Numbered from the stretch's first letter, positions 29,057 through 39,729 are shown. The stretch: 64,000 nt of DNA from an uncultured Trueperaceae bacterium (GCA_963815215.1 CAWFFU010000003.1:672001-736000), one strand, 5' to 3'. Program-made: numbers and translations. The notes: generated by a model from the letters alone, not told the origin.

Positions 29057-30181
29057 GTGGATGTCAAGGCCGGCCACTACGATCGGCGCGTGACCCTCAA
29101 GGACGTGGCGCTGGCCGTGGGGGTGGCGCCGTCGACGGTGTCCAACGCCTACAACCGGCCCGATCAGCTCTCCGAAGCGCTGCGCGCGCGCATCCTGGCG
29201 GCAGCCGAGCGCATGGGTTACGCCGGTCCCGATCCGCGGGCCCGCAACCTCCGGCGCGGCACCTCCACCACCATCGGGCTGGTCTATCCCAGCCGCCTCT
29301 CCTACGCCTTCACCGACCCGATGGCCGCCCTGTTCATCCAGGGGTTGGCCGAAGAGGTGGAACGTCACGGCTATGCGCTGCTACTGGTCGGAGGGCCGGC
29401 CGACGATCCGGCCACCGGTGCTCCGCAGGGGACCCCGGTACAGCGCGCGCCCGTCGACGGCTTCGTGCTCCACGCCTTCGCCGACGACGATCCACTGTTC
29501 ACCACTGCCCTGGCACGGCGGCTTCCCACCGTAGTGGTGGACAACCCGGCCAAGACCGACCTCCCCTGCGTGGCGATCGACGACGCCGCCGCGGCCGCCG
29601 GCGCTGCGGAGCACCTGCTTGCGCTGGGACACCGGTACGTCGGCGTCCTATCGCTGGAACTGACCGTCGAACCGGTCGGCGGCATCATCGGAGCGCGCCG
29701 ACAGGAGCAGGCGCGCTACCGCGCTACGCGCGAGCGGCTCGCCGGCTACCGGCGGGCGCTGACGGACGCGGGTCTCGCCTGGGACGCCCACGCCGTCGTC
29801 TTCGAGTCGATCGACAACACCGTGGCCGAGGGCCGTCACGGCGCCCGTCTGCTGTGGGAGGCCACGCGCCGGCCCACGGCTCTGCTCGCCATGAGCGATC
29901 AGCTTGCCTTCGGCGCGTTGGCGTTCGCGCGCGAACGGGGGCTGGCGGTGCCCGGCGATCTGTCCGTGATCGGCTTCGACGACGTGCCGAGCGCAGCGCG
30001 CTCGAGCCCGGCCCTGACGACCGTGCACCAGCCCACCGTGCGCAAGGGCCGCGAGGCGGGCCGCCTGCTTCTGCGCGCCCTTCACGGCGAGAGCGCCTCG
30101 GCGTGCGTGTGGCTCCCGACGGAGCTGGTGCTGCGCGCCTCCGCGGGGCCGCCCCGCCCGCCCGCCGGCGGCGACAGCTGA
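29057..30181 (+). CDS. LacI-family transcriptional regulator
   Basis: VTLKDVA..VGVAPSTVSNAYNRPDQLS HTH, SDQLAFG, SVIGFDD, LTTVHQP, LPTELVLRAS. Confidence 0.93.
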   Translation: MDVKAGHYDRRVTLKDVALAVGVAPSTVSNAYNRPDQLSEALRARILAAAERMGYAGPDPRARNLRRGTSTTIGLVYPSRLSYAFTDPMAALFIQGLAEEVERHGYALLLVGGPADDPATGAPQGTPVQRAPVDGFVLHAFADDDPLFTTALARRLPTVVVDNPAKTDLPCVAIDDAAAAAGAAEHLLALGHRYVGVLSLELTVEPVGGIIGARRQEQARYRATRERLAGYRRALTDAGLAWDAHAVVFESIDNTVAEGRHGARLLWEATRRPTALLAMSDQLAFGALAFARERGLAVPGDLSVIGFDDVPSAARSSPALTTVHQPTVRKGREAGRLLLRALHGESASACVWLPTELVLRASAGPPRPPAGGDS

Positions 30182-30208
30182 GCGCGCTCCGGGCGCCCGG
30201 GCCGGCGC

Positions 30209-30238
30209 TTGCCGAGCGCGCCGCCGCCGTGCTAAGCT
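30209..30238 (+). promoter_or_regulatory. promoter of rplM-rpsI
   Basis: TTGCCG-N18-TAAGCT with a TG extended -10. Confidence 0.5.
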
Positions 30239-30304
30239 CGCGTTTGGCTTCGCGCATTGTCGGCCCCGATCAAACCCGGCAAGCCTCCGAAGGACGTGAC
30301 GAGT

Positions 30305-30730
30305 GTGAAGACGATGTTCCCCAAGGAGACCCATAACGACTGGGTCGTCATCGATGCGGCCGGTCAGACGGTCGGTCGCCTCGCGACCCGGATCGCCACG
30401 GTGCTCCGCGGCAAGCACAAGCCCGACTACACGCCCCACCTGGCAGGCGGTGACTTCGTCATCGTCATCAACGCCGAGAAGGTGGTGTTCACCGGTCGCA
30501 AGCTCGACCAGAAGGTCTACACCCGCTACAGCGGGTACCAGGGTGGGCTCAAGACCACCACCGCCCGGGTGATGCTGGACCGTCACCCCGACAGGGTCAT
30601 CCGCCACGCGGTGTGGGGCATGCTACCCAAGACGCGCCAGGGCCGCAGACTGATCCGCCGCCTCAAGGTGTACGCCGGCGAAGCGCACCCGCATCAGGCG
30701 CAGCAGCCGAAGGAGTTGGAGGTCGCCTGA
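30305..30730 (+). CDS. rplM: 50S ribosomal protein L13
   Basis: [48 protein letters not shown]. Confidence 0.97.
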   Translation: MKTMFPKETHNDWVVIDAAGQTVGRLATRIATVLRGKHKPDYTPHLAGGDFVIVINAEKVVFTGRKLDQKVYTRYSGYQGGLKTTTARVMLDRHPDRVIRHAVWGMLPKTRQGRRLIRRLKVYAGEAHPHQAQQPKELEVA

Positions 30731-31116
30731 TGGACCAGTACTACGGAACCGGACGACGCAAGTCGGCGGTCGCGCGGGTGTTCCTGCGGCAGGGAAGCGG
30801 CCGTATCACCGTGAACGGACGCGACTTCCAGGACTACTTCCGGGGCATCCTGGCGGGCGTGCAGGCGCTCGAGCCGCTCAAGGTCACCAACACGGCGGGT
30901 CGCTACGACGCCGTCATCACGGTGGCGGGCGGTGGGCCGAGCGGTCAGGCCGACGCCATCAAGCTCGGCGTGGCGCGCGCGCTGCTCCACGTCGACCCGA
31001 ACTTCCGCACCACCCTCAAGCAGGGCGGCTATCTGTCGCGTGACCAGCGCATCGTGGAGCGCAAGAAGTACGGCCTCAAGAAGGCTCGGCGGGCTCCGCA
31101 GTACAGCAAGCGCTGA
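30730..31116 (+). CDS. rpsI: 30S ribosomal protein S9
   Basis: [41 protein letters not shown]. Confidence 0.97.
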   Translation: MDQYYGTGRRKSAVARVFLRQGSGRITVNGRDFQDYFRGILAGVQALEPLKVTNTAGRYDAVITVAGGGPSGQADAIKLGVARALLHVDPNFRTTLKQGGYLSRDQRIVERKKYGLKKARRAPQYSKR

Positions 31117-31277
31117 TCGTCGCGCCGCACGCGGTTTCGAGCGTGCGGTTCGAAAGACCGGCTGTGGCGGAGCGTTCCCCATCGGGTGACGCTCCGCCGC
31201 TCGTGTGGGGCGCCTGAGCCCCGTGTCCCGGCCGGCGCAACACGCCGGCGCCCCGACGCCAGGAGGACCCGCCCGCC

Positions 31278-32078
31278 ATGACCCTGTTCCACGCAACGGT
31301 CCTGGGGATCGTCCAAGGACTGACCGAGTTCCTGCCCGTGTCCAGCTCCGGCCACCTCGTCCTGACCAACTACTTCCTCGGGTGGGGCTCGGGCCTCAAG
31401 TTGTGGGTCGACATCGCCACCAACACCGGCACGCTCGTCGCCGTCCTGATCTACCTGCGACGCGATGTGGCCGCGGCCGTGGGCGGCTTCGTGACCGGCC
31501 TCGGATCGGCCGAGGCGAGGCAACGCGAGGGCTGGCGCATGGCGTTGCTGGTGCTGGTCGGCTCCGTTCCCACCGCGATCATCGGCATCGGCCTCAAGGG
31601 CGTGTTCGACAGCCTCAACGCGCCACTCCCGGTGGCGCTGGCGCTGATCGTCACCGGCTTCATCCTGTGGTTCGCCCCCAAGAGCGGGCCCAAGCACGAC
31701 GTGAAGCACGTGACCTTCCTGGACGCCTTCATCGGCGGCATCGCCCAGGGGCTGGCGGTCATCCCGGGCATCTCGCGTTCCGGCATCACCATCGCCACCT
31801 TCCTGGGGCGTGGAACCGATGCCGAGCTGGCGCCTCGCCTGTCGTTCCTGATGTACCTGGTGGTCTCCGTCGGGGTGACCGTGCTCGGCATCAAGGACAT
31901 ACAGGCGGCACACATCGGTTGGGGACCCGTGATCGCCATGTTCGTGGCCTCGTTCGTGACCGGTTACCTGGCGCTGATGGTGCTGTTCGCGGTGCTCCGG
32001 CGCGGCCGCTTCCGCGTGTTCTCGCCCTACCTGTGGGCCGTCGCCGCGCTCACACTGCTGAGCGTCGCGCTGCGCTGA
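31278..32078 (+). CDS. uppP: undecaprenyl-diphosphate phosphatase
   Basis: GIVQGLTEFLPVSSSGHL, PGISRSGITI; multi-TM. Confidence 0.94.
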   Translation: MTLFHATVLGIVQGLTEFLPVSSSGHLVLTNYFLGWGSGLKLWVDIATNTGTLVAVLIYLRRDVAAAVGGFVTGLGSAEARQREGWRMALLVLVGSVPTAIIGIGLKGVFDSLNAPLPVALALIVTGFILWFAPKSGPKHDVKHVTFLDAFIGGIAQGLAVIPGISRSGITIATFLGRGTDAELAPRLSFLMYLVVSVGVTVLGIKDIQAAHIGWGPVIAMFVASFVTGYLALMVLFAVLRRGRFRVFSPYLWAVAALTLLSVALR

Positions 32079-32201
32079 GCGCGCACCGCACGACCGCGCA
32101 GCACGTTCGGCCGACACCCTTAACCCCGCCGGGGACGCATCTGTCACCGACATCGGTGGCTACGGCCCTGGGCTACAATGCTCCGAAGAGGAGGCGCCTC
32201 C

Positions 32202-33758
32202 ATGACAGTTGCAACGCGGATTGCACCCTCCCCCACCGGCGACCCGCACGTCGGAACGGCGTACGTCGGACTGTTCAACTACGCCTTCGCGAAGCGTCAC
32301 GGGGGGCGGTTCGTCTTCCGCCTCGAGGACACCGATCGCCAGCGCTACGACGCCAACGCCGAGCAGCGCATCCTGGAGATGTTCGGGTGGCTCGCGATCC
32401 GGCCCGACGAGGGTCCCGACGTCGGTGGCGATCACGGGCCCTACCGCCAGAGTGAGCGCATCGAGCACTATCGCGAGCACGTCGACCTGTTGCTCGATGA
32501 AGGCAAGGCCTACCGCGCCTTCGAGACCTCCGAGGAGCTCGACGCCATGCGCACCGAGCAGAAGCGCCTGGGCAGGCCGCTCGGCTACGACGGCCGCGGA
32601 CGGGCGTTGAGCCATGCTGAGCAGGAGCGCCGTGCCCAGGCCGGCGAGCCGCACGTAGTGCGGCTGCTGACGCCCGACGACGGAACCACCACCTTCCATG
32701 ACGAGCTGCGCGGTGACGTCGCCATCCACAATCAGGAGATCCGGGATCCGGTCCTGCTCAAGAGCGACGGCTACCCCACCTACCACCTCGCCAACGTCGT
32801 CGACGACCACTTGATGGGTGTGACCCACGTGATCCGTGCCGAAGAGTGGGTGACCAGCACCCCCATCCACGTGCTGCTGTACCGGGCCTTCGGATGGGAC
32901 CTGCCGCAGTTCGTGCACATGCCGCTCCTGCGCAACCCCGACAAGAGCAAGGTCAGCAAGCGCAAGCTCGATACCTCGGTGGCGTCCTACCGCGAGCAGG
33001 GCATCCTGCCCGAAGCGTTGCTGAACTTCCTGGCCACCATGGGTTGGAGCATGCCGGACGGCCGGGAGTTCTTCACGCTCGACGAGATGATCGAGGCCTT
33101 CGACATCCGGCGCGTGTCCCTGGGCGGCCCGGTGTTCGACCTGAAGAAGTTGCGCTACTACAACGCCAAGTACCTTCGCGACCTGCTCCCGCTGGAGGAC
33201 GTGGCCGGACGCGTGGCGCCACTGCTCGAGGAGCGCGGCCTTCACTGGGACGACCACGACTACCTGCTCGACGTGGTCGACGTACTGCGTCCCCGCGCCG
33301 AGACCCTGGTCGAGGTGGCCGATGCCGCGGCCTACTTCTTCACCGAGGAGGTTCGCTACGACGCGTCCGCGCGCAAGCAGCTCGCGGCCGGTCAGAAGTA
33401 TCTCGAGGATCTGGAACGGGAGTTCTCCATCCTGGAGTTCTTCGACTACGATGGCGTCGACGATCTTCTCCACGACTACGTCCAGGCGCAGAGCGTCGGC
33501 ATGGGCAAGGTCCTGCAGCCGCTGCGCGCGGCCCTCACCGGCACCACCAGTGCCCCCGGCGTGACCGACCTGGTCACCATCCTGGGCAAGCGGCGAGTGC
33601 TGCGACGGATCGGCGCCGCCCTCAGCGCCATCAACCAGGGGCTGCCGGACGACAACCCGCAGCGCGACGCCGAGCCACCGGCCGGCGGCGACAAGGCCCG
33701 CCAGAAGGGCGGCGCCAAGGCCGGAACGGCGAGCACCAAGCGGGGCCCGGTGGGATGA
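32202..33758 (+). CDS. gltX: glutamate--tRNA ligase
   Basis: RIAPSPTG.PHVG, RLEDTD, PYRQSER, DG.PTYH, KVSKR. Confidence 0.96.
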   Translation: MTVATRIAPSPTGDPHVGTAYVGLFNYAFAKRHGGRFVFRLEDTDRQRYDANAEQRILEMFGWLAIRPDEGPDVGGDHGPYRQSERIEHYREHVDLLLDEGKAYRAFETSEELDAMRTEQKRLGRPLGYDGRGRALSHAEQERRAQAGEPHVVRLLTPDDGTTTFHDELRGDVAIHNQEIRDPVLLKSDGYPTYHLANVVDDHLMGVTHVIRAEEWVTSTPIHVLLYRAFGWDLPQFVHMPLLRNPDKSKVSKRKLDTSVASYREQGILPEALLNFLATMGWSMPDGREFFTLDEMIEAFDIRRVSLGGPVFDLKKLRYYNAKYLRDLLPLEDVAGRVAPLLEERGLHWDDHDYLLDVVDVLRPRAETLVEVADAAAYFFTEEVRYDASARKQLAAGQKYLEDLEREFSILEFFDYDGVDDLLHDYVQAQSVGMGKVLQPLRAALTGTTSAPGVTDLVTILGKRRVLRRIGAALSAINQGLPDDNPQRDAEPPAGGDKARQKGGAKAGTASTKRGPVG

Positions 33759-34687
33759 GCTGGTTCGACCGGCTTCGCCAGGGGCTCTCCCGCACCCGCG
33801 ACGTGCTGACGGCCGACGCCGGGGCGAACTGGGAGATGGGCTGGGACGACCTCGAGATCGCGCTCATCGGCGCCGATGTCGGCGCCAATCTCGCCGCCGA
33901 GGTAGTGAGGGATGCACGCGCCGAGCGCGACCGGGGGACGCCGTTCCGGGACGCACTGGAGCAGGCGTTGATGGACCAGCTCGAGCCCGATCGCCTGCGG
34001 CAGAAGCTGCGGCGCGTGGGATTCGATCTGGACGTCAAGCGCAACGTCGTCGAGCTGCGTGGCTCGGTCGTGATGATGGTCGGCGTCAATGGCGTCGGTA
34101 AGACCACCACCATCGCCAAGCTCGGGCAGTACTACCGCGACCGCGGCCGTTCGGTGATGTTCGCTGCCGGCGACACCTTCCGGGCGGCCGGCAGCGCGCA
34201 GCTCGCGGTCTGGGGCGAGCGCCTGGACATCCCCACCGTCACCGGACCGGACGGCAGCGACCCCGGTGCGGTCGCGTTCGACGCCGCTCAGTCGAGGGCC
34301 GCGCGCGAACTGGATGTGCTGTTCGTCGACACCGCCGGCCGCCTCCACACGCAACACAACCTCATGGAGGAGCTACGGAAGGTCAAACGCGTGATCGGCA
34401 AGGCCGATTCCGGCGAGCCCGGCGAAGTGTGGCTGGTCCTGGATGCGGTGACCGGCCAGAACGGCCTCGAGCAGGCTCGCAAGTTCCATGAGGCGGTGGG
34501 CGTCACCGGCGTGATCGTCACCAAGCTCGACGGCACCGGCAAGGGCGGCATCCTGCTGAGAATCGCCCGCGAGATCGGGCTCCCCATCAAGTTCATCGGC
34601 GTAGGGGAGCGGGCCGAAGACCTGCAGCCCTATGATGCGGCCGCCTTCGTGCGGGCGCTGCTGGACCTGCCGGCGAAGGCCGCCTGA
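33755..34687 (+). CDS. ftsY: signal recognition particle receptor FtsY (short NG form)
   Basis: GVNGVGKTTTIAKL, DTFRAA, DTAGR, DAVTGQN, TKLDGTGKGG. Confidence 0.96.
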   Translation: MSWFDRLRQGLSRTRDVLTADAGANWEMGWDDLEIALIGADVGANLAAEVVRDARAERDRGTPFRDALEQALMDQLEPDRLRQKLRRVGFDLDVKRNVVELRGSVVMMVGVNGVGKTTTIAKLGQYYRDRGRSVMFAAGDTFRAAGSAQLAVWGERLDIPTVTGPDGSDPGAVAFDAAQSRAARELDVLFVDTAGRLHTQHNLMEELRKVKRVIGKADSGEPGEVWLVLDAVTGQNGLEQARKFHEAVGVTGVIVTKLDGTGKGGILLRIAREIGLPIKFIGVGERAEDLQPYDAAAFVRALLDLPAKAA

Positions 34688-34719
34688 TCGCCGGGCCGCG
34701 CGCGCTCCCGGAGGTGGGC

Positions 34720-35433
34720 ATGGATGCACCGTTGCTCCTCGTCAGCGCTACCGCTCTGGAGGCGCAGCCCCTGCGGGACGCCCTCCAGGCCGCGAGCGTG
34801 CCGGTCGCATGGGGATCGGCCTGGGAGGGGCGCCTGCACGGCAGCGACGTGGTGCTGGCCGTTCCGGGCATCGGCAAGGTCAACACGGCCGCGGGGGTTG
34901 CACTGGCCGTCGAGCGCTGGCGCCCCTGGGCAGTGGTGCAGCTCGGCATCGGTGGAGCGTTCGTGGGCAGCTTCCTGAGCATCGGCATGGTGGCGGTCGC
35001 CAGCGTAGAGGTGCACACCGACTGCGGCGCCGGCGAGGGGGACGCCTGGGAGGGGATGGAGCGCCTGGGCTTCCCGTTGCTCGCCGGGCCGCCCCCGCAC
35101 TTCAACGAGATGCCCACCGACCGCGACCTCAGCCGCCGGTTGGCCGCCCCCACCCGCGCTCCGCTACTGCGTTTCGCCACCTCGGAGCGCGTGAGCGCCA
35201 CCCTGGAGGCGGCAGACCGCTTGCAGCGCCGCTTCGACGTCGCCGTCGAGTCGATGGAGGGCGCGGCCGCCGCTCAGGTGTGCCTGGCGTTGGGGGTGCC
35301 ATTCGCCGAGCTGCGCGGGGTGAGCAACATCGTGGGCGAACGCGACCGCCGAGCCTGGGACGTGCCGCGCGCCATCCGCGCCGCAGCCGCGGCGCTCGAG
35401 GCAGCCCTGCCCACCCTGGGCGCCGTCGCATGA
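34720..35433 (+). CDS. mqnB: futalosine hydrolase
   Basis: LLVSAT..E, GIGKVNTA, GIGGAF, ESMEGAA, ELRGVSN.VG.RDR..WD. Confidence 0.85.
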   Translation: MDAPLLLVSATALEAQPLRDALQAASVPVAWGSAWEGRLHGSDVVLAVPGIGKVNTAAGVALAVERWRPWAVVQLGIGGAFVGSFLSIGMVAVASVEVHTDCGAGEGDAWEGMERLGFPLLAGPPPHFNEMPTDRDLSRRLAAPTRAPLLRFATSERVSATLEAADRLQRRFDVAVESMEGAAAAQVCLALGVPFAELRGVSNIVGERDRRAWDVPRAIRAAAAALEAALPTLGAVA

Positions 35434-35825
35434 GCCTCCTGAGCGCCATCCCGGTGTGGGGTTACTTCATCGTCCTGGGACTGGCCTTCATCACCGGTCA
35501 CCTGCTGGCGTTCCATCCCGATCCCGCCATGGGCCGCGGCCGGCGCATGGCCGGGCGCTGGGGCTCGTCGCTCCTGCTCCTGGTGGGGCTGCTGATGGTG
35601 TCGAACCGCAACGTCGCCAGTGTCCTGCCGTCGCTCGTGCTGGCGCTGCTCGGCGGCGTGGTCAGCGGCCGCACCGCGCCCGTGTCGCCGGGCCGCGACG
35701 GCGCGCCGCCGGAGCAGGGCCCGAGCCCCATGGGGTCGTCCGCGGACGGTCCCGCGACCGAGGCTTCGCCGCCCCGGCCGACACCAGCCGAGGACGGCCC
35801 CGCCGACGCCGGAGACACCCGCTAG
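35430..35825 (+). CDS. small membrane protein with Pro-rich C-tail
   Basis: ATGA overlap with mqnB; three hydrophobic segments. Confidence 0.65.
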   Translation: MSLLSAIPVWGYFIVLGLAFITGHLLAFHPDPAMGRGRRMAGRWGSSLLLLVGLLMVSNRNVASVLPSLVLALLGGVVSGRTAPVSPGRDGAPPEQGPSPMGSSADGPATEASPPRPTPAEDGPADAGDTR

Positions 35826-35882
35826 CGCACCCTCGAGCACCGTGCTGGACGGATCTTCCCGCAACCGGGGTATACTCCCGCC

Positions 35883-36803
35883 ATGCCCTTGGTCACCGGA
35901 CTCGAGATCCTGGCCGCCGCACGCGAGCACGGCTACGGCGTCGGCGCCTTCAACACCAATGACATGGAGATCACCCAGGCGATCCTGGAAGCCGCCGAGG
36001 AGGCGCGCAGTCCCGTTCTGGTCGCGCTGTCCGAAGGAGGGATGACGTACGGCGGCCCGGCGCTGGTGGAGCTCGTGACGACGCTTGCCGCGCAAGCGAC
36101 CGTGCCCGTCGCCCTACATCTCGACCACGGTTCCTCCTACGCGTCGTGCCTGCGCGCCATCCGTGCCGGCTTCACCTCGGTGATGATCGACAAGTCGCAC
36201 GAGAGCGAGGTCGAGAACATCGCCGAGACCACGCGCGTGGTGGAGGCCGCACACGCCGTAGGGGTCACGGTCGAGGCCGAGATCGGTCGCCTCGGCGGTG
36301 TCGAGGAACACGTGGTGGTGAGTGCCGAGGAGGCCTTCCTCACCCGCCCGGACGAGGCGGAGCGGTTCATGGGCGCGACCGGCGCCGATTACCTGGCCAT
36401 CGCCATCGGCACCTCGCACGGCGCCAACAAGGGCAAGGGGCGTCCCTACATCGACCACGAGCGCATCCGCGAGATCGCAGACCGGCTCCCTCAGCCGCTG
36501 GTGATGCACGGGGCGAGTAGCGTTCCGGCGGCACTGGTGGAGCGCTTCAACGCCGCCGGCGGCTCGCTGGCCGACGCCAGCGGCATCCACCCGGACGACA
36601 TCCGGCAGGCCGTCACCGAGGGGATCGCCAAGATCAACACCGACACCGACCTGCGGCTGGCCTTCGCAACGCGCGTCCGCGAGGTGCTGGGGCAGAGGCC
36701 CGGCGAGTTCGATCCCCGCAAGATCCTCGGCCCGGCGCGTGACGAGATGCGTTCGCTGGTGCGCGAACGGTTGGAGCTTTTCGGTTCGGTCGGACGCGCC
36801 TGA
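35883..36803 (+). CDS. fba: class II fructose-bisphosphate aldolase
   Basis: GAFN, HLDHG, SVMID.S, VEAEIG, AIGTSHG, VMHGAS, KINTDTD. Confidence 0.95.
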   Translation: MPLVTGLEILAAAREHGYGVGAFNTNDMEITQAILEAAEEARSPVLVALSEGGMTYGGPALVELVTTLAAQATVPVALHLDHGSSYASCLRAIRAGFTSVMIDKSHESEVENIAETTRVVEAAHAVGVTVEAEIGRLGGVEEHVVVSAEEAFLTRPDEAERFMGATGADYLAIAIGTSHGANKGKGRPYIDHERIREIADRLPQPLVMHGASSVPAALVERFNAAGGSLADASGIHPDDIRQAVTEGIAKINTDTDLRLAFATRVREVLGQRPGEFDPRKILGPARDEMRSLVRERLELFGSVGRA

Positions 36804-36816
36804 CGCCGGCGCCGCG

Positions 36817-38007
36817 TCAGGCCACCACCACGTTGCGGCCCTTCGCCAGTACTGCGGAGGCCAGCAACGCGGCCGGCAGCAGGCACAGCGACGCCAGGAT
36901 CATGGCGGGCGTGAGGCCGAGGAACTGCTGGAGCACACCCTCCAGCATGTAGAGCACACCGGCGGTGCCCCAGGTGAACCCCATCAGCATGCCGGTGGCC
37001 GCCCCCATCGAACCGGGCGCCAGGTCCTGCGCGCTGACGATCAGCAGCGGCACCGAGGCGTTCGAGCTCGCCCCGGCCAGTGCGACCATCAGGTAGTACG
37101 GCGGCGTCGCCGGGGCGATCGCCAGCACCGCCAGGAGCGCGGGTAGCGCGACCAGCATCGTGCCCACGATGAGCAGCCGCCGCGGGAAGCGCGAGGACAA
37201 CGCTCCGGCCAGGATGCCCCCGAGGCCGCCCGACAGCGCGAAGACCGCCAGCGTCCAGGAGATGACGGGCGCATCCGGCGCGAAGCCGCGTACCTGGGCC
37301 AGCCACAGCGGGATGGCGTTGTTGAAGCTGACGAACGCCAGGCTCCGGAGGATCCCCACCAGGCTCAACAACCCCACCGCGCTCTTGACGAGCTTCGGAT
37401 CGAGGAAGGCGATCCGTCGCGCCTGCTTCACGCCGTCGACACGTGGCAGCACCGTGAGAAGAAGCACCCCCAGCACCAGCCCAGGGATCATGAGCAGCGG
37501 CGAGAAGCGCAGGCCGACGGTTCGCGCCATCAGCAGGATGACGACCGGCCCGAACGCCATCCCCAAGGTGCCGCCGCTGCTGAACAGCGCCACCGCCAAC
37601 TCCTTGAAGCGTTCGCCCAGCACGCGCATCAGGCTGGTGGCGGCGGGGTGGAAGGCACCCGATCCGAGACCGCCGAGCAGCAGCACGAAGAACAGGGCCG
37701 CCGGGCTCGGCGCCACCGCCACCAGGCTGAGCAGAACGGTACTGGTGACGATGCCGAGCGCCGCCATGGTGCGGCGCCCCACGCGATCGGCGACCGCACC
37801 GAACAGCGGCTGCGTCATCGCCGAGCTGAACGACAGCGTAGCCACGAACATGGCCAGCACGGCTTCACTCAGGTGGAACCGGGCCTGCAGGGTGGGGAGC
37901 AAGGCGGCCAGCATGGCCGCGAAGGCGTCGTTCGTGGCGTGGACGGCGATGAGGAGCAGAGGGATGCCGGCAGAGGCGAGCAGCGGAGGTCGGGCGGACA
38001 CGCGCAT
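36817..38007 (-). CDS. MFS transporter (Fsr-like)
   Basis: H..ND, QPLFG..ADR.GRR, GSGAFHP; about 12 TM segments. Confidence 0.88.
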   Translation of the reverse strand: MRVSARPPLLASAGIPLLLIAVHATNDAFAAMLAALLPTLQARFHLSEAVLAMFVATLSFSSAMTQPLFGAVADRVGRRTMAALGIVTSTVLLSLVAVAPSPAALFFVLLLGGLGSGAFHPAATSLMRVLGERFKELAVALFSSGGTLGMAFGPVVILLMARTVGLRFSPLLMIPGLVLGVLLLTVLPRVDGVKQARRIAFLDPKLVKSAVGLLSLVGILRSLAFVSFNNAIPLWLAQVRGFAPDAPVISWTLAVFALSGGLGGILAGALSSRFPRRLLIVGTMLVALPALLAVLAIAPATPPYYLMVALAGASSNASVPLLIVSAQDLAPGSMGAATGMLMGFTWGTAGVLYMLEGVLQQFLGLTPAMILASLCLLPAALLASAVLAKGRNVVVA

Positions 38008-38079
38008 GGCGCACAGTCTACCGGCCGGCAGGCACGGCGCGACGGGGATGCACGACGCCGGGTAGAACGCTCGCCGTCG

Positions 38080-39708
38080 CTAGGACGACGGCTCGCTCTC
38101 GCCACCGGGCCCGCGGCCGTGGATCGACCCCGCGGAAGCCGCTGCCGCCCTGCGAGCGGGCGTGACGTAGACCGTCTTCTGATGGCTGAAGTGGACGGTC
38201 CCCGGCGGTTGCCCCTTGACCTTCCAGACGTTCTTGCGCAGCGTGTAGTCGACCGGGACGTTGTCTGACTGGCGCGCCTGGGAGAAACCGGCCGCCAGTC
38301 GAGCGGCGAAGAGCACGGTGTCGAACGGGAGCTCGCGCCCGCCTGAGCGGACCACCACATGGGCCCCCGTGAACCCCTGGACGTGCAGCCACAGGTCGCG
38401 GCTGCGGCCCACGCCGAACGTCACCGCCTCGTTCTCGCGGGCGTTGCGTCCCACCACCACCTCGAACCCTCTCGGGTCCACGAAGCGCGCCCCTGCCACG
38501 GCGCGGCGGCGGCGACGCCGCTCCTCACTGAGCCGCCCCGCGCGCCGCTCGAGCGCCTCGTCGTCGAGATCGTCCAGCCCGGCGAGCTCCGCTTCCGCTG
38601 TGCGCCATTCCTGCCGAAGGCGCGCATCTTCGCTGCGTGCGCGCTCGGCGCGCTCCTCGATGCGGCGCGCGCGCTGGTAGCGTTTGCGAGCGTTGGCGAA
38701 GGCATCCAGGCTCGGGTCGAGCCGCAACTCTCGAGGCTCGCCATCGAACCCCGGCAGCGTCGCGCGGGCCGCACCCTCCGGCACACCGCCCCCATAGGCG
38801 CTCAGCAGGTCGGCCTCCGCGCGGACCTCCACGGCCTCCCCGAGCCGTTGCTCGGCGCGCTCGGCGTCGTCGAGCCGTCGCCGGGTGAGCTCCACACGGC
38901 GCCGCACCGCCTCACGCACCACCGCCATCGATCGCTCTCGCCGATCGCGACGCCGATCGTCCGCCAGCTCCACCGATCCACCGGCCCGGCGGAGCCACAG
39001 CGAGGGCTCCGCGGCCAACGCCGGCACGGCGGCCGCCACCCGGTCCAGCGTCTCCCCCTCCAGCCGCGTCGCTGCATCCACCCCACACCCCGCGGCCAGG
39101 GCGCGCGTGAGTTGCGGGCCGAAGCCGTCGAGCCGCGCCCTCACGTCCGGCAGCCGCGCGCCGCGCAGCGCTTCGCGAAGCGCGGTCTCGGAGGCGTCCC
39201 GGGGATCGAGCTTGTCGTAGGGGGGCGGCGACCGGTAGGACAGGCCGGGTCGCAACTCGCGGTAGCGGTTCCGCTCGGCCAGCACCACGCGCTCGACGCC
39301 GAGGATGGTACGTCGCTCGTCCAGCAGCACGAGGTTGGCGTTCCGCCCGGTCAGCTCGACGACCAGGGTCACGGGCGCCTGTGGCACGAACCCTTCGGTC
39401 TCGGCGAAGCTCAACTCCACCACGCGGTCCAGGCCCTGCTGCTGCACGCCGGACAGCGGACCCGCCGCCCGTGCGGCGAGCTGCTCCTGGAAGGGGGTGT
39501 GAGGGCCACCGCTCGGGACCTCGGACCGCAACGCGAGGCTCGGCCCGGGGGGCCGGCTGAAGATCCACAACGCCTCAGGGAGGGCTGGATCGGCGGCCTG
39601 CAGCGGCAGCACCGCGGTACGCTCGTCCGGGAACCGCCACCCTCCCCGCGATAGCGGCAGCCGCCCGATGAGCGGGCGCAGGGCCTCGGCCAGCAGCAGT
39701 CCCTCCAC
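38080..39708 (-). CDS. rqcH: NFACT-family ribosome quality-control protein RqcH/Rqc2
   Basis: MEGL N-terminus, DRVV, ELTGRNANL, coiled coil, LDP...NA, GRNAREN, WLHV...GAHVV, VDYT. Confidence 0.87.
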   Translation of the reverse strand: MEGLLLAEALRPLIGRLPLSRGGWRFPDERTAVLPLQAADPALPEALWIFSRPPGPSLALRSEVPSGGPHTPFQEQLAARAAGPLSGVQQQGLDRVVELSFAETEGFVPQAPVTLVVELTGRNANLVLLDERRTILGVERVVLAERNRYRELRPGLSYRSPPPYDKLDPRDASETALREALRGARLPDVRARLDGFGPQLTRALAAGCGVDAATRLEGETLDRVAAAVPALAAEPSLWLRRAGGSVELADDRRRDRRERSMAVVREAVRRRVELTRRRLDDAERAEQRLGEAVEVRAEADLLSAYGGGVPEGAARATLPGFDGEPRELRLDPSLDAFANARKRYQRARRIEERAERARSEDARLRQEWRTAEAELAGLDDLDDEALERRAGRLSEERRRRRRAVAGARFVDPRGFEVVVGRNARENEAVTFGVGRSRDLWLHVQGFTGAHVVVRSGGRELPFDTVLFAARLAAGFSQARQSDNVPVDYTLRKNVWKVKGQPPGTVHFSHQKTVYVTPARRAAAASAGSIHGRGPGGESEPSS

Positions 39709-39729
39709 GAAAGCGCCTCGCCCGCCGCT

